DNA from: an uncultured Actinomycetota bacterium
GTDB lineage: Bacteria; Actinomycetota; Actinomycetes; JAHEKZ01
Reading direction: 5' to 3'
Assembly: GCA_963718235.1 (NCBI GenBank)
Contig: CAVQYR010000002.1
Coordinates: forward strand, 1 to 64,000
Length of the DNA stretch: 64,000 nt
The notes below the pieces were generated by a model. It searched no databases, was not told the DNA's origin, and saw nothing but the letters and a program-made list of their open reading frames with translations. The position numbers were made by a program, and so were the translations under genes. This document shows positions 1-11,759 of this stretch, one piece after another. How positions within the stretch are numbered: the stretch's first letter is position 1; each line of letters opens with the position of its first letter.

Positions 1-1458
1 TCCTCATGGCCAGCCCGGCTCCGATCAGTCCGATGATGGTCGCGGCAACGTAGTTCACGGCGTCCGTCTCCCACTTCACAATCAATGGGAAGACCGCGAG
101 GAGAACGAAGACCATTCGTGGATCTGCTCGATGCGCACCAGGCGGTCCAGCGCTCGGCACCAACTGCCCAGCAGGAGTGATCCGAGCAGCAGAACAACCC
201 AGCCACCATGACGGTACAGATCCGCCATCGGCGTCACCGCACTACTTGAGTAGGTCGTCGTGGATTGGCCGTAGTAGGTCCGTCCGAAGTCGTATCCCGT
301 TGCGAGGACGGGCTTTGAAGGCCAAACCGCCCGGGGGATCAGCCCGATGGCCGGCGCCATCGCGAGTTCGAGAGTCGAGCGATACGGCACGGTGGACGGT
401 GTCCGCTGGTAGACGATCGCGACACTGTCGATGTGCCGAAGTCGCATGAAGAGGCTCGCGGACGACGCCTGGATGGAGTTTGCCCACATTCGGGGCCCGG
501 CCACGTCGCTCAGGATGCTAGGGAGGGTCTCGACGGCGCTCGCCGGCGAGAGCGTGGAGTTCCCTGAGCGCACAACTTCGCGGTAGCTCGTCGTTACCGG
601 CACGACGATCACGAGAAGCACAGCGAGGGTCTGCGGACTCCCCGCCAGAAGAAGCGCCTCCGGACGGCTCCGTAGGGTGCGAGAATCGCGAGCGCGGTGA
701 GTATGAGCGACTCCTTCTGTCCCGTTGCGAGAGCATAGGTGGCCTCTAGCGCGAGGAGCCCGAGCAGTTTGGCCCCGCGAGCGCCGGTGCGGGACGTGAA
801 GTATTGGAGAGCAACCGGGGCCAGACCGCACAAGCCCACTAGGGAGGCGATCGTTAGGAGCTGTGTGTACCAAGCTGCGGTCGCGACCGCCTGGGACGGA
901 TCCCCGACGTAGCCGAGCCGGCCAAGCAGTGCAACCTGCCCGAGGCGGCCAATGGTTCCGACTAGGTACATCCAAAGTCCGATGTTCGCACTTCGAATCA
1001 CACCGGTCGAGTGACCAGCTACCAAACCCAGCAGACTATCCGCAAGTCGGCTCAGGGGCCGAGGGAGTCCGAGCACATAGCCGACATCCAGGCGGCCAAC
1101 GAGACCAATGCCATGGTGAGTCCGGCGACAACGCTTGACCTTGTGATGAGTGCGCCGACCCCTCCGGGTTGCCAATCCAGCCGAGAGAGGCGATGCCGAA
1201 AACGACGCTGAACCAGAGGACTGCCCAAGGGCCGAGTCGAAACACCGGGAGGCCCCACTTCGGCCCGTTGAGTGACCCGACAATCGACAGGCAAGCGACG
1301 CCGAAGCAGGCTGTCGCGGTTGCCTTAAGCAGCACGACCCCCCTGTGGTCCGACTCGCTCAACGCGCTCAGCAGTTCGAGGACGCCCCCGGTAGCCAGCA
1401 ATGCGCTGGCCAGAATCACAGCGTGTGCGGGCAGTCGCTGCCGTCTTTCGTCAGCCAT
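1..1458 (-). CDS. Polytopic membrane protein, probable Wzy-like polysaccharide polymerase (frameshifted, runs off window edge)
   Basis: Hydrophobic segments spread over ORFs 1036..1935, 609..1283 and 82..975 (MADERRQRLPAHAVILASALL...; loop IPRAVWPSKP...SSAVTPMADLYRHGG); glycan locus context. Confidence 0.6.
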
Positions 1459-2218
1459 AGCGCTGCTGGCCAGCTCGCCGGCTCGGCCCTGAACAGTCTC
1501 CTTTCGCGCGACCATGGCCAGGTTCTGAGTCACGATGTGACCCCCAGCTGCCCCGTTTCGGCTAGCCAGGGACAGTTTGTAGGCGCTTTCGAAGCCCGCC
1601 ATGGCGGAGCGGACTCCGATTTCACGCCATGAACCACTGGACTTGAAGGGAGAAGCGTCACGTCCCCGAATCCGGTCGCGCGAGCAAGCTGGGCCATGGA
1701 CCGCGCCGTGAACGACGTCTCGTGAGTGAAGTCCCCATATCGGTAGTTGCCCCCGAAGGGGCTGACGGCATTGGGGACCCGGGCGATAAAGACGCCGCCG
1801 AATGAAAGAGTCACCGGAAACACAATCGAAAGTCCAGAATACCTCTGGCTTGGTCAGATGTTCAAGGAGGTCTAGGGCGAGAACTCCGGAGTATTCGGCA
1901 ATTTGGCTGTCCAAGTCCAGCGTGAAGTCTCCCAACGTGACCGACGCGATCCCAGCGGCATGTACAGCCTCAACCTGCTCTCGGCTGATGTCGATCCCGC
2001 TCGCCTTCGGTCTCCGTCCAAAACCAATTCACGTACCAGAGCCCCTTGACCGCAGCCGATGTCGAGGACCGCTGAGTTCGGTCGGCGGGGAGATGCGGGC
2101 GGATGTCGCGAAGACGTGGATCTGCTCGCGTCACTCCACCTACACCCAAGCCTGCGTGCGTGGTGACATAGGCGTCGTACAAGCTCTTTCGATAGTCGTC
2201 TCCAGCCGAACTCGGCAT
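1451..2218 (-). CDS. Class I SAM-dependent methyltransferase (frameshifted)
   Basis: VLDIGCGQG motif I, DLLEHL and RVPNAVSPFGGNYRYGDFTHETSFT, spread over several frames; 3' end inferred. Confidence 0.75.
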
Positions 2219-2662
2219 GGCCCCATCGTAGGGGTCGATTGTGACTGTGCTTCACATTCGTCCGTGGCTCGGGTCCACCCCGAATTCTCGACTTGATCGC
2301 CATTGATGCGGGCCGCGCGCTCATTCGGCACTGTGCGAAGAGAATTTGCTGCATGGCGTGTCCCCCTCTGGCGTCCACCCAAGGCTTGCGTCACCGGGCT
2401 CCATGGCCGCGGCACGCGCCTTGAGTTCCGGTCATGCTTCGGGTCGGCGCAGCTATGTAGTCCGGCGTTCTCCTCACCAATTCCCGAGCCGAAGAGTCAG
2501 GGAGACGATGGCTGTGAGCACGGACCGGCCGTGGGCCGCGTAGGCAGGGGATTGGTAACCACCTACGCCAGCCGCCTACTGAACGGCATCCAGCACCTTA
2601 GTCTGACAGTAGTTCAGCGCTCATGGTTCCGCGACGGCTTCACGGAGGAGTTACCTACGCCG

Positions 2663-3932
2663 ATGGGGAAGAGACCGGGGCCGAGGATTGAGGCGACCTA
2701 TGGACGTCTTGTGAGACGAACCACTGGCTTCAATCTGGCAGCGACGCTGGTAGCTGCCGTCACAGGTGTCTTGCTCGCCCGTTGGCTAGGGCCGGCCGGA
2801 CGTGGTCAGTACGCGGCGGCGTCGGCGTGGTTCGGGTTGGTCGTCGTTGTCTTCGAACTTGGCCTCGCGGCCTCGACTGTCTACTTCGTCTCGAAAGATC
2901 ATCGGCGCGCGGACACTTTCGTACGCACTGGCGGTGTTCTTCTCCTGGGCTTGGACTTCTGACGGCCGGGGCAACTGCTGCTTTGGTTAGCGTGATCTTG
3001 GGTGGCAACGCCACACTCTGGCGGCGTATCTGTTTCTCTCGGTGGCAATCCTCGCTGCCTTCTTGGGCGCGCCGGCCACATTTGCGCTGCAGGCCATGGC
3101 AATCCCAGGATGGAACCTGGTCAGGATCATCCCAAGTGTATACTTCGTCCTGGTCGTGGTCGCCGCAATGCTCACCGGTCTCGATGTGTCAGTGGTCGTT
3201 GCCCTCTTGACGGCCTCCCTATTTGTCCAGATGGGTGCGTCTTGGGGCCTATACCGAACCCTCGGAGTCGTTCGAGGGGCGTTCTCCCGCTCCGAAGTCA
3301 TGCCAATGCTTCGCTACGGAATTGCAAACATGGCGTCAACTGCACCTAACTCACTGAATGGGCGAGTGGACCAACTGGTCTTGGCATTCCTTGTCCCAGC
3401 AGCAGCCCTGGGGCAGTACGCGGTGGCAGTGTCGTTGAGTCTCCTTGTTCGGGCCCCTCGCAACAGCGTTCGGGCACGTGGCTTTCCCCGACATCGCTCG
3501 AGGGCGAACGATGTCCGGGCGACAATTCGCCATGCGATTCGAGGCGCACTTGTCGTCTCGACGCTTGGAGTATCGGCCGTTGTGCTTGTCACCTTGGTTG
3601 ACTTCCGTGTCGTTCGGGCCCGGGTACGCGAAGTTCCCAAGATCTGTCATCCTTGCGCCTGGTGCCGTTCTGTTCATCGTCAACCTCGTTGTAGGAGATG
3701 TCCTTCGAGGCCTGGGTCACCCGGCCTCGTCGCACGAGGCGAGTGGTTCGGTGTGCTGGTCACAGTGGTTGGGCTCGTACTGCTCGTGCCGACCCTGGGT
3801 GTCAGGGGCTGCAGTCACCTCGTCATGCGCCTACACCGCGTGTTTGTGATCCTCCTCGTGTCGGTCAGGAGGCTTGCCAGGGAGCTCCCAGGATCTGCGG
3901 GCCATGCCGCGGGCGACACTGTGAGTGATTGA
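2663..3932 (+). CDS. Wzx-type polysaccharide flippase (frameshifted)
   Basis: GVLLARWLGPAGRGQY, RVDQLVLAFLVPAAALGQYAVAVS and multiple TM segments in ORFs 2303..2962, 3042..3932, 3445..3849. Confidence 0.8.
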
Positions 3933-4016
3933 CCTGGCGGCAGCGACGTGTTGGTCGTTTCGGCGCTGTCCTGGCAGAGAATGCCGCGCCGAGCTTGTCG
4001 GTCGCCCACCCGCACA

Positions 4017-4857
4017 ATGGTGAGGAGCGGTGGATCGAGAACTCCGGGCAAGCGGGTAGTCGCAACTGGAGCGGTTCGGGCGCTCGAGAAAGTCGTTGGT
4101 CGACGTAACGTGATCCGCGTTGCTCGCTTTATCGGCAATCAAGCGAGGCTCGATGGACCGAACGATCTCGCATCGAATGGTGAACGTATCGTCCAGTCGA
4201 TCGTCGCCAGTCAGCCGAACTCCGTGGTATTCGACGTGGGTGCGCATTTCGGCGAGTGGTCACAGTCGCTGCTTGATCTGGGCAGGGTCTCAGAGTTGTA
4301 CTGCTTCGAGCCATCGAACTACAGCATTAGGCGGCTAAGGAACGCAATCGGGGACCGGCGTGGAGTCACAACAGAACAACTAGCACTTTCAGATCATGAG
4401 GGCACAGCCGCTCTCCACATAGTCCAGAGGGCGCCGGGGTCCAACTCACTCGTGGACTTCACTGACCCCTCGCGCGCTCAAGCCGTGGAAGAAGTGCAGT
4501 TGACGACTGTGGCTGCGTATTGCCGGCTACATGGCATTTCGCGGCTCTCGTCTGAAGATCGATGCTGAAGGTCATGACCTCCGGGTGCTTCGCGGTGCTG
4601 AACCAATGTTGCGTGCCGGCGCGATTGACCTCGTGCAGTTTGAGTACAACTGGCGGTGGATCGAGGCGCGAAGCTTCCTGCGCGATGTGTTCCAGTTGGT
4701 ACTGCCCCTCGGCTACAGCCTCGGCAAGGTCACGGGCCGCGGCATCGAGTGCTACGAGGCGTGGCATCCAGAGTTCGAGACCTTCAAGGAAGGGAACTAC
4801 CTTCTCTTTCGTGAGCCGTTGCCTGCTTCTCTGCCACGGGTAACGTGGTGGGTGTAG
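4017..4857 (+). CDS. FkbM-family methyltransferase (one frameshift near 4550)
   Basis: VFDVGAHFGEWS, CFEPS, LKIDAEGHDLRVLRGA, VQFEY. Confidence 0.85.
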
Positions 4858-5022
4858 CGCCGTGGGCGGGTGGAAGATCTATCGTGTTCGTCCGCTCACG
4901 CCGGCGCTCAGTCCGTGACTCGGCCGCCGGGGTTGGGCTTCCATGATTTCGGCTAGGCTTCAGGGTCTCAAGATCTCGCGTGTCCTAGGCTGACGACGAC
5001 GTGATGATGAAGGGACGCCGTA

Positions 5023-6010
5023 ATGAGAGTCGGGGTCGTGGGACCGGTTGCACCCGACGACTTCGCGGAGAACGTTCTGGACTGTCTTCCAGATCTTGGT
5101 GTCGATGTTCACGCCCTTGGACCCGCTCAGCGCCGACTTGCGGGTCGGGTCGGAGCAGCCTTGGGCTCACCCTGCGGGCGTCGGCGTCGGCTCGACACCC
5201 GGCTCCAGCAGTCACTAGTGAAGGACGTTGAGCGTCAAGCCCTCGACTTGGTGATCTCGGTCGACGAGGCGTTGCGCCCTGAGACGGTTGCCGCCATGCG
5301 CGCCCGCGGCGTGAAGGTGGTGCTCTGGTACCCCGACGCTGTTGCGAACTTTGGCCGGCAGCTCCTCCTGCTCGCCCCATATGACCGCATATACATCAAG
5401 GAGCCAGCAGTGGTGCCTCGGCTCACTGACCTGCTGGGGCTGCCTGTCTCCTATCTGCCTGAGGCGTGCAACCCGCGATGGCATCGTCCGGTTGGAGATC
5501 CGGGAACGAGACCCTATGTCGTCGTGGCCGGCAACATGTATCCCTCGCGCGTCATCCTGTGAACCGACTGGTGGCGGACGGCGTGCCCTTGAAGCTGTAT
5601 GGAGGTGCGGTTGCGCCGTGGATTGGTGATCAGCCTTCCCTTCGGTCTCACACTGGCACGTACATTGCGCGGGAGGACAAGGCCCGCCATTTCCGTGAAG
5701 CGGTGGCGGTGCTCAACAACCTTCACCCAGCCGAGTTCGACGGAGTGAACTGTCGTCTCTTCGAGGCTGCTGGTTCCGGCGCTGCAGTGCTGGCCGAGTA
5801 TCGACCTGTCATCCCCGACCTCTTCGAGCGCAGAGAATGACCTCTTCACCTTCCGTCGTTACGATGAGCTTCTCGCGCATATTCACACCCTGTTTGATGA
5901 CCCTTCACTCGGCACAAGGCGGGGAAATCTCGCTTCTGAGCGTGCTCGTGAGGGAGGCACACATGCCAACACCGCCTCCGGGGCAGATTCTGGAAGATGT
6001 TGTGGCGTGA
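5023..6010 (+). CDS. CgeB-like glycosyltransferase (Glyco_trans_1_2), frameshifted
   Basis: LWYPDAV, YLPEACNPRWH, VLNNLHPAEFDGVNCRLFEAAGSGA. Confidence 0.75.
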
Positions 6011-6015
6011 GCTCG

Positions 6016-7209
6016 ATGAGGGTGGCGTTGGTGACGCATGGTCTTGAGTCCGGCGGCGGTGTCCCGAAGATCGCCGAGTGGCTCGCGAATGGCCTTGCCG
6101 CACGTGGTCTGGAGATCGACGTTCACGACCTCGCAACGTCGCAGGACGACGAGTGCAGCCGACGGATTCTGAGCCCACGTTCGTGGCGAGCAGGCGTTCG
6201 TGACGTGTGGGTTACTCCGGCGGAGCGCGCAACCACACTCATTGGGGTGCAGAGATGGTCGAGTTCGAGCCGCTGCGCTATGCCCCACGCGATCGGCTGA
6301 CGAGATCACTCGAGTACAGCGACCTTGTCCAGGTCGTGGCGGGGGCGCCATGCTGGGCGAACGTCGTAGGCCAAGTGCGACGTCCCCGAGTCCTTCAAGT
6401 GGCGACCACCACGCGATGGGAGCGGGCCTCCCGGTTGTCGAGGTATGTCCTTCCCGAGGCGGCTTCTCACACAAGCGCTCGCGGGGAAGATTCAGCGTCT
6501 CGACGAGGCTGGAGTTCGTGCGGTGGACCATGTGGTCGTTGAGAACGAGCTCATGCGTCAGTGGGTTGTACAGCAGAATCAAGGTGCTGTGTCACTGATT
6601 CCCCCGGGGATTGACACATCTGAGTTCCGTCCCTCCGGACCTTGGAATCCCCAAGGGCCAATCGTTGCGGTGGGTCGCCTCGGCGAAGCCAGAAAGGGTT
6701 GGTCTCGGCTCTTCCACTCATACGGGGAGTTGATCGCACGTAGACCTGATGCTCCGAGTCTGATACTCGCTGGGCGGGGTGACCTATCCTCAGCTGATCA
6801 GGCGTCACTCCATTCCGCGCGTATCCAGGACCGCGTAGACGTCAGGCGCGACCTCACCTCTGATGAGTTGATTGCCCTTTTACAGCAGGCGTCGGTCTTC
6901 ATCCAGACGTCCTACGAGGAGGGGTTGGGGCTGGCGGGCCTGGAAGCGATGGCTTGTGGAGTGCCCATGGTTGCGACTAGCACAGCTGGGACCCGCGAGT
7001 ACCTGAGGAGTGGGGTCAACGGAGTCCTCGTTGCCCGAGACGACCGATTGGTTCAGGCCATGTCAGAAGCCGTCGAGGCTGTTCTAACAGGCGCCGGCGG
7101 CGACATGGCAGCTGCCGCCAGATCAACCGTCGAAGAGGTGTATTCGAGCGGCCGCTGTCTGTCGGGGTTTGTCTCGATCTATCAGGGTCTCGTGCCGTCC
7201 GCTGACTAG
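6016..7209 (+). CDS. GT4 glycosyltransferase (frameshifted)
   Basis: MRVALVTHGLESGGGV; EEGLGLAGLEAMACGVPMVAT (EX7E motif). Confidence 0.85.
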
Positions 7210-7240
7210 CGAATGCGTCGCCCGCGGCACCGAACGAACG

Positions 7241-8537
7241 CTAGAGGCGCTCCACGGTAGGCCCGGTTAGATGCCCTCTGGCATCGAACACGCGACGTGC
7301 GCGCTCGCTGAGGAGGTCGACATCCAGCGACGAGTGCATCTGAAGCAGCACGCAAACATCCGCCTTGTCTGCGGCCAGGGCAAGATCGTCTGTCCGTTCG
7401 GCGAAACCCGCCGACCAGTCAGCAACATGTGGGTCGAAGACAGAGACCACCGCACCCAACTTGGTGAGCCGGTCAGCGATCTCGCGCGAGGGGGATTCTC
7501 TGGCGTCACGCACGTTGGGCTTGTAGGCGACTCCGACGAGCAACACGTGCGCACCCCTCAAGGCGAGTCCATCGCTGTTCGAGTTGATTCTGGACACGAT
7601 GGACAACGTACTGAGGCATCGAGGCGTTGATCTCCTCAGCGAGCTCGACGAAGCGAAAGGACGATCCGAGCATTGACCGCACGCGGGACGCGAGGTAGTT
7701 GGGGTCGATAGGGATGCAATGACCCCCGACACCAGGGCCGGGGTAGAAGGCCTGGAAGCCAAACGGCTTGGTGGCCGCGCATCGGATGACATCCCAGATG
7801 TCGATGTCCATCTCGTGGGCGAAGCGAGCCAACTCGTTGACGAGAGCAATGTTCACGTGTCGGTAGGTGTTCTCCAGGAGCTTGGCCATTTCGGCCTCGC
7901 GGGGCCCCTTGGCGATGACGAACTCGTCGATGAACCGCCGATACATGGAGACGGCCTGCTCAGTACACGCGGGAGTGATGCCGCCGACGATTTTGGGTGT
8001 GTTGCGGATCCCGTAGACGGCATTGCCTGGGTCCACGCGCTCCGGTGAGAACGCGAGGAAGAAGTCGACCCCCACCCGCCTTCCGCCAATGGCAGCTCGG
8101 GTAGGACGACTTCTTCAGTGGTACCCGGGTATGTGGTGGACTCCAGGACCACCAGGGTGCCTGGAGACATCCGGGGCGAGATTTCCGCAATGGCAGCCCG
8201 GATCGCCCTAAGATCTGGCGCACGGTCCTTGGTGAGTGGCGTAGGGACGCAGATGGCGATGGCTGGGCCACGGCTGACGACTGCCGGGTCGCTCGACGGG
8301 GTGAATCCCCACGCCAACATCTCGTCGATATCGGCGTTGGTGAGGTCGTCGATGTGAGAACGGCCTTCGCGTAGCGAGTCGGCCAAGGCTTGGGAGTTGT
8401 CGTATCCAGCGACAGAGAGTCCCGCCGAGGCGGCGAGCGCCAGCGAGTGGGAGGCCCACGTACCCCAGCCCCAAGACCAACAAGTCAAAGTCGGGCGTCT
8501 CAGCACTGGGGGCGGCGTCGGAGGGAGTGTCGGTCAC
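7241..8537 (-). CDS. Nucleotide-sugar 6-dehydrogenase (UDP-GlcNAc/ManNAc type), frameshifted
   Basis: GLGYVGLP, ICVPTPL, ESTTYPGTTEE, FSPERVDPGN, KLLENTYRHVNIA, catalytic GGHCIPIDP, GVAYKPNVRDARESP. Confidence 0.92.
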
Positions 8538-8597
8538 CTCTCTACGCTATCTCTGAGGGAAGGACTTCAGTGCCCGTGACAGTGGAAGGAGTACCGC

Positions 8598-9752
8598 GTG
8601 GCCCGAGTACTCGTGCTTGCGGACCACTATCCCCGGGTACCGAGCGGGTGGAGCCGATCCGAAGTGTCGCCCGGATTGTTGAGGACGAGAGCCGCAGTCA
8701 CGACGTGTGGGTGGTCACCCGCGATCATGATCTGGGCTCTCCGGAACGCTACGAGATCGCCACCGCCACCTGGGTGCCAATCCATGGGGCTCAGGTCCTC
8801 TACGTCGATCTCGGCTCGCTGCGCGGTATGGCTGGCGCTCTGCGCCACATTCGCCGAGTCCGGCCGGATCTCGTGTACGTCAACAGTTTGTGGTCCCCCT
8901 TCTTCGCACTTCTCCCGATTGTGGCCTGCCGCACCGTGGCTCCACGCCCTCCCGTTCTGTTGGCTCCGCGGGGTTCATGCGGGCCTGAAGCGTTGGAAAT
9001 CAAGGTCAGGAAGAAGGCCCTCGTAGGCGTCCCGCTGCGTCAATGGCTTCGTTCGAGCAGACTCATATGGCATACGACGTCTGCAGAGGAGACGTCCGAT
9101 GTGGCCCAGTGGCTAGGACGACCGCCTAGACGAATCGTGACACGAGCAGATCCAGGAACGCCGCCTGCCTCAGAGGCGTCGCCCCCGGTCGATGGGTCCC
9201 TCCGATTGTGGGTGTCTTCGCATCGCCCCTGTCAAGGATGTAAATCGATTCCTGCGGATTCTGGCTGGGCTAATGGTCGAGGTGGATGCTCGCTACTACG
9301 GACCGGTCGAGGACGAGAAGTACATGGAGTCCTGTGGAGCAACTCATGAGTGGGCTGCCGTCCAATGTGAGGTTCAGTTTCGAAGGTGAGGTTGGCCCTG
9401 ACGATGTGGCAGCAGTTTTCAAACGGGCCGACGTGTTCCTCTTTCCGACCAAAGGAGAGAACTCGGACATGTCATCGCGGAGTCGCTGGCGGAGGGTTGC
9501 CCGGTGATGACGACACCAACAACCGTGTGGACGAATCTCCTGCGACACGGTGCAGGCTACGTCTTCAATGACGACGCCGAGGCTGTGGCGTGGCTGGAAC
9601 GCCTGGCTGGCGAGACGCGCTTGCAGCGTCAGGCTGGTCGTACTCGTGCCCATCAGCTGTACCGCGATTGGCGCAAGACTTCTGTGACGAATGGTTCGTT
9701 GTTCTCAGCGGCGTTGCGTTTGGTGACGCCGCCGGATGGAGGCGGGAGTTGA
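8598..9752 (+). CDS. GT4 glycosyltransferase (frameshifted)
   Basis: ARVLVLADHYP, RPDLVYVNSLWS, RIAPVK, ADVFLFPTKGEN. Confidence 0.75.
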
Positions 9753-9884
9753 CCTTGTTCAGGATGGCTTCGAGGGAGTCACCGCCGGTGCGACGTACGC
9801 TCGCATGCACTGTCAGCGTACCAGGGGGACAAGTGCGGCTCGAAGGTCCGACAATTGGAGTGCACCCACGGCGAATGGAGAATC

Positions 9885-10908
9885 GTGACGAAGAAGGCAC
9901 TGCTCACCGGGATCACCGGTCAGGACGGCTCATACCTTGCTGAGCTGCTGCTCTCCAAGGGCTATGAGGTCCATGGCCTGATTCGCCGAGCCTCGACGTT
10001 CAACACCGAGCGGATCGACCACCTGTACCTGGACCCGCACAATCCCAGAGGCCCGGCTCTTCCTGCACTACGGAGACCTCGCCGACGGCTCGGGCCTGGT
10101 GCGGCTGCTGCACCAGATCAACCCCGACGAGGTCTACCACCTCGGAGCGCAGTCCCACGTCCGCGTCTCCTTCGACATGCCCGAGTACACCGGTGACATC
10201 ACCGGCCTGGGCACGATTCGCCTGCTCGAGGCGCTGCGCGACGCCGAGCTGACTCCGCGCTTCTACCAGGCGTCGTCGTCGGAGATGTTCGGAGCGACCC
10301 CGCCACCGCAGAACGAGGACACCCCGTTCTGGCCCCGCTCCCCCTACGGTGCCGCCAAGGTCTACGGCTACTGGATCACCCGCAACTACCGCGAGGCCTA
10401 CGGGATGTTCGCCGTCAACGGCATCCTGTTCAACCACGAGTCGCCCCGCCGCGGTGAGACCTTCGTGACCCGCAAGATCACCCGCGCCGTCGCCAGGATC
10501 GCCGCCGGCCTGCAGTCGGAGATCTACCTGGGCAACCTCGACGCCGTCCGCGACTGGGGCTACGCCCCCGAGTACGTCGAGGCGATGTGGCGCATGCTGC
10601 AGGCCGACACCCCCACCGACTACGTGGTCGCCACCGGTACCGCCCACTCGGTGCGCGACTTCGTGCAGTTCGCCTTCGAGCGGGCCGGCCTGGAGTGGGA
10701 GAAGTACGTCAAGTTCGACGAGCGCTACCTGCGACCCACCGAGGTCGACGCCCTGATCGGCGACGCCAGCCGGGCCAAGGAGGTGCTGGGCTGGGAGGCC
10801 TCGGTGCACACCCCCGAGCTGGCCGCGATCATGGTCGACGCCGACCGCCAGCAGCTGGACGACGAGCTGTCCGGCCAGGTCGCCCACCGCACCCGCCAGA
10901 CCCCCTGA
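9885..10908 (+). CDS. gmd: GDP-mannose 4,6-dehydratase (one frameshift near 10045)
   Basis: [71 protein letters not shown]. Confidence 0.96.
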
Positions 10909-10912
10909 CCCT

Positions 10913-10963
10913 CACCTCGTGGTGCGTTAGCCGCGCCAGGCGCGGCGAACCGTCCATCAGGTG
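10913..10963. repeat. 51-bp palindromic REP-like element, copy A
   Basis: CACCTCGTGGTGCGTTAG-CCGCGCCAGGCGCGG-CGAACCGTCCATCAGGTG; same 18+15+18 layout as the copies at 34818 and 35797. Confidence 0.7.
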
Positions 10964-10979
10964 AGGCTCGGGGGACGGC

Positions 10980-11363
10980 TCAGAGGGCGATGATCCGCAC
11001 TCGCTTCTCGGCTGCGCTGGCCAGCCGGGCCAGATCGAGCGGGTCAGACGTCACCACCAGGTCTCCGTCGACGGCGGAGTCGATGACATGCGCGTCGACG
11101 ACGTCGCTCGTGCGGGTGGCGGCCAGCAGCAGCCCGACCCGGAGGGCAGCGGCGTGGTCGAGCGGGACGATCGAGCACAGCCCCAGCCACGCACCGAGAC
11201 GTGCCTGTCGACCACGGCCGCCGCGCCACACCTGAGCGACCACGGTCGAGGGCACGGCAGGGACGTCGTCGCCACCGGCGGCGAGGTCGTCGAGAAGGGC
11301 GATCAGCCCTCCTGGACGTCGCTCTGCGGCGACCAGCGCGCCGGCGTCCAGGACCAGCGTCAT
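10980..11363 (-). CDS. PIN-domain (VapC-like) toxin
   Basis: MTLVLDAGAL...DVVDAHV...VVTSDPLDL acidic PIN residues; ATG overlaps the upstream TGA. Confidence 0.85.
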   Translation of the reverse strand: MTLVLDAGALVAAERRPGGLIALLDDLAAGGDDVPAVPSTVVAQVWRGGRGRQARLGAWLGLCSIVPLDHAAALRVGLLLAATRTSDVVDAHVIDSAVDGDLVVTSDPLDLARLASAAEKRVRIIAL

Positions 11364-11635
11364 CAGGACCTGCGGCTCCGACGACCCGCGTCCTTGACGA
11401 CCTGCTCGGGGGTTCGGGCCGACTCCAGCAACGCCTGCCCGGCCGCCTGGTCGGCTGCGGTGACCGGACCGTAGGCCTGGGCGAGAGCCGTGCGAAATGC
11501 AGTGGCCCGGGCCTGGCGCTGGACCGTCTCGGCCACCAGCTGACTCAGCGGGATCCCGCGGGTGTCCGCCTCCGCCTTCAACGCATCGGCCAGGGCCGTG
11601 GGCAGGGAGATGCTGAGCTTCGTCACGCCGGCCAT
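11363..11635 (-). CDS. Ribbon-helix-helix antitoxin (VapB/CopG-like)
   Basis: TKLSISLPTALADALKAEADTRGIPLSQLVAETV; coupled to the PIN gene. Confidence 0.8.
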   Translation of the reverse strand: MAGVTKLSISLPTALADALKAEADTRGIPLSQLVAETVQRQARATAFRTALAQAYGPVTAADQAAGQALLESARTPEQVVKDAGRRSRRS

Positions 11636-11759
11636 GATCTGATCCTACCGCGGTAGGAAGAACAGCGTCTCCGGGTCGCTGTGGACGGCGGTCACCGTCG
11701 GGCGTCTGAGCAGCGCGCCTGGGTGCGCTCGGGGTCGGTGTGCGGGAGGCTGACTCCTC

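Noticed and set aside
1036-1935. Methyltransferase-Wzy fusion ORF
   Set aside because: Apparent read-through is best explained by an indel; an overlapping ATGGCTGA start/stop junction exists at 1451-1458
9829-9854. sigma28-like promoter before gmd (ACAA-N14-TCCGACAA)
   Set aside because: Spacer too short and both elements mismatched
1-10050. Frameshifts as mass pseudogenisation or programmed frameshifting
   Set aside because: Catalytic motifs are intact, indels are 1 nt and scattered with no shared slippery site; sequencing error is more likely, though reads are needed to confirm
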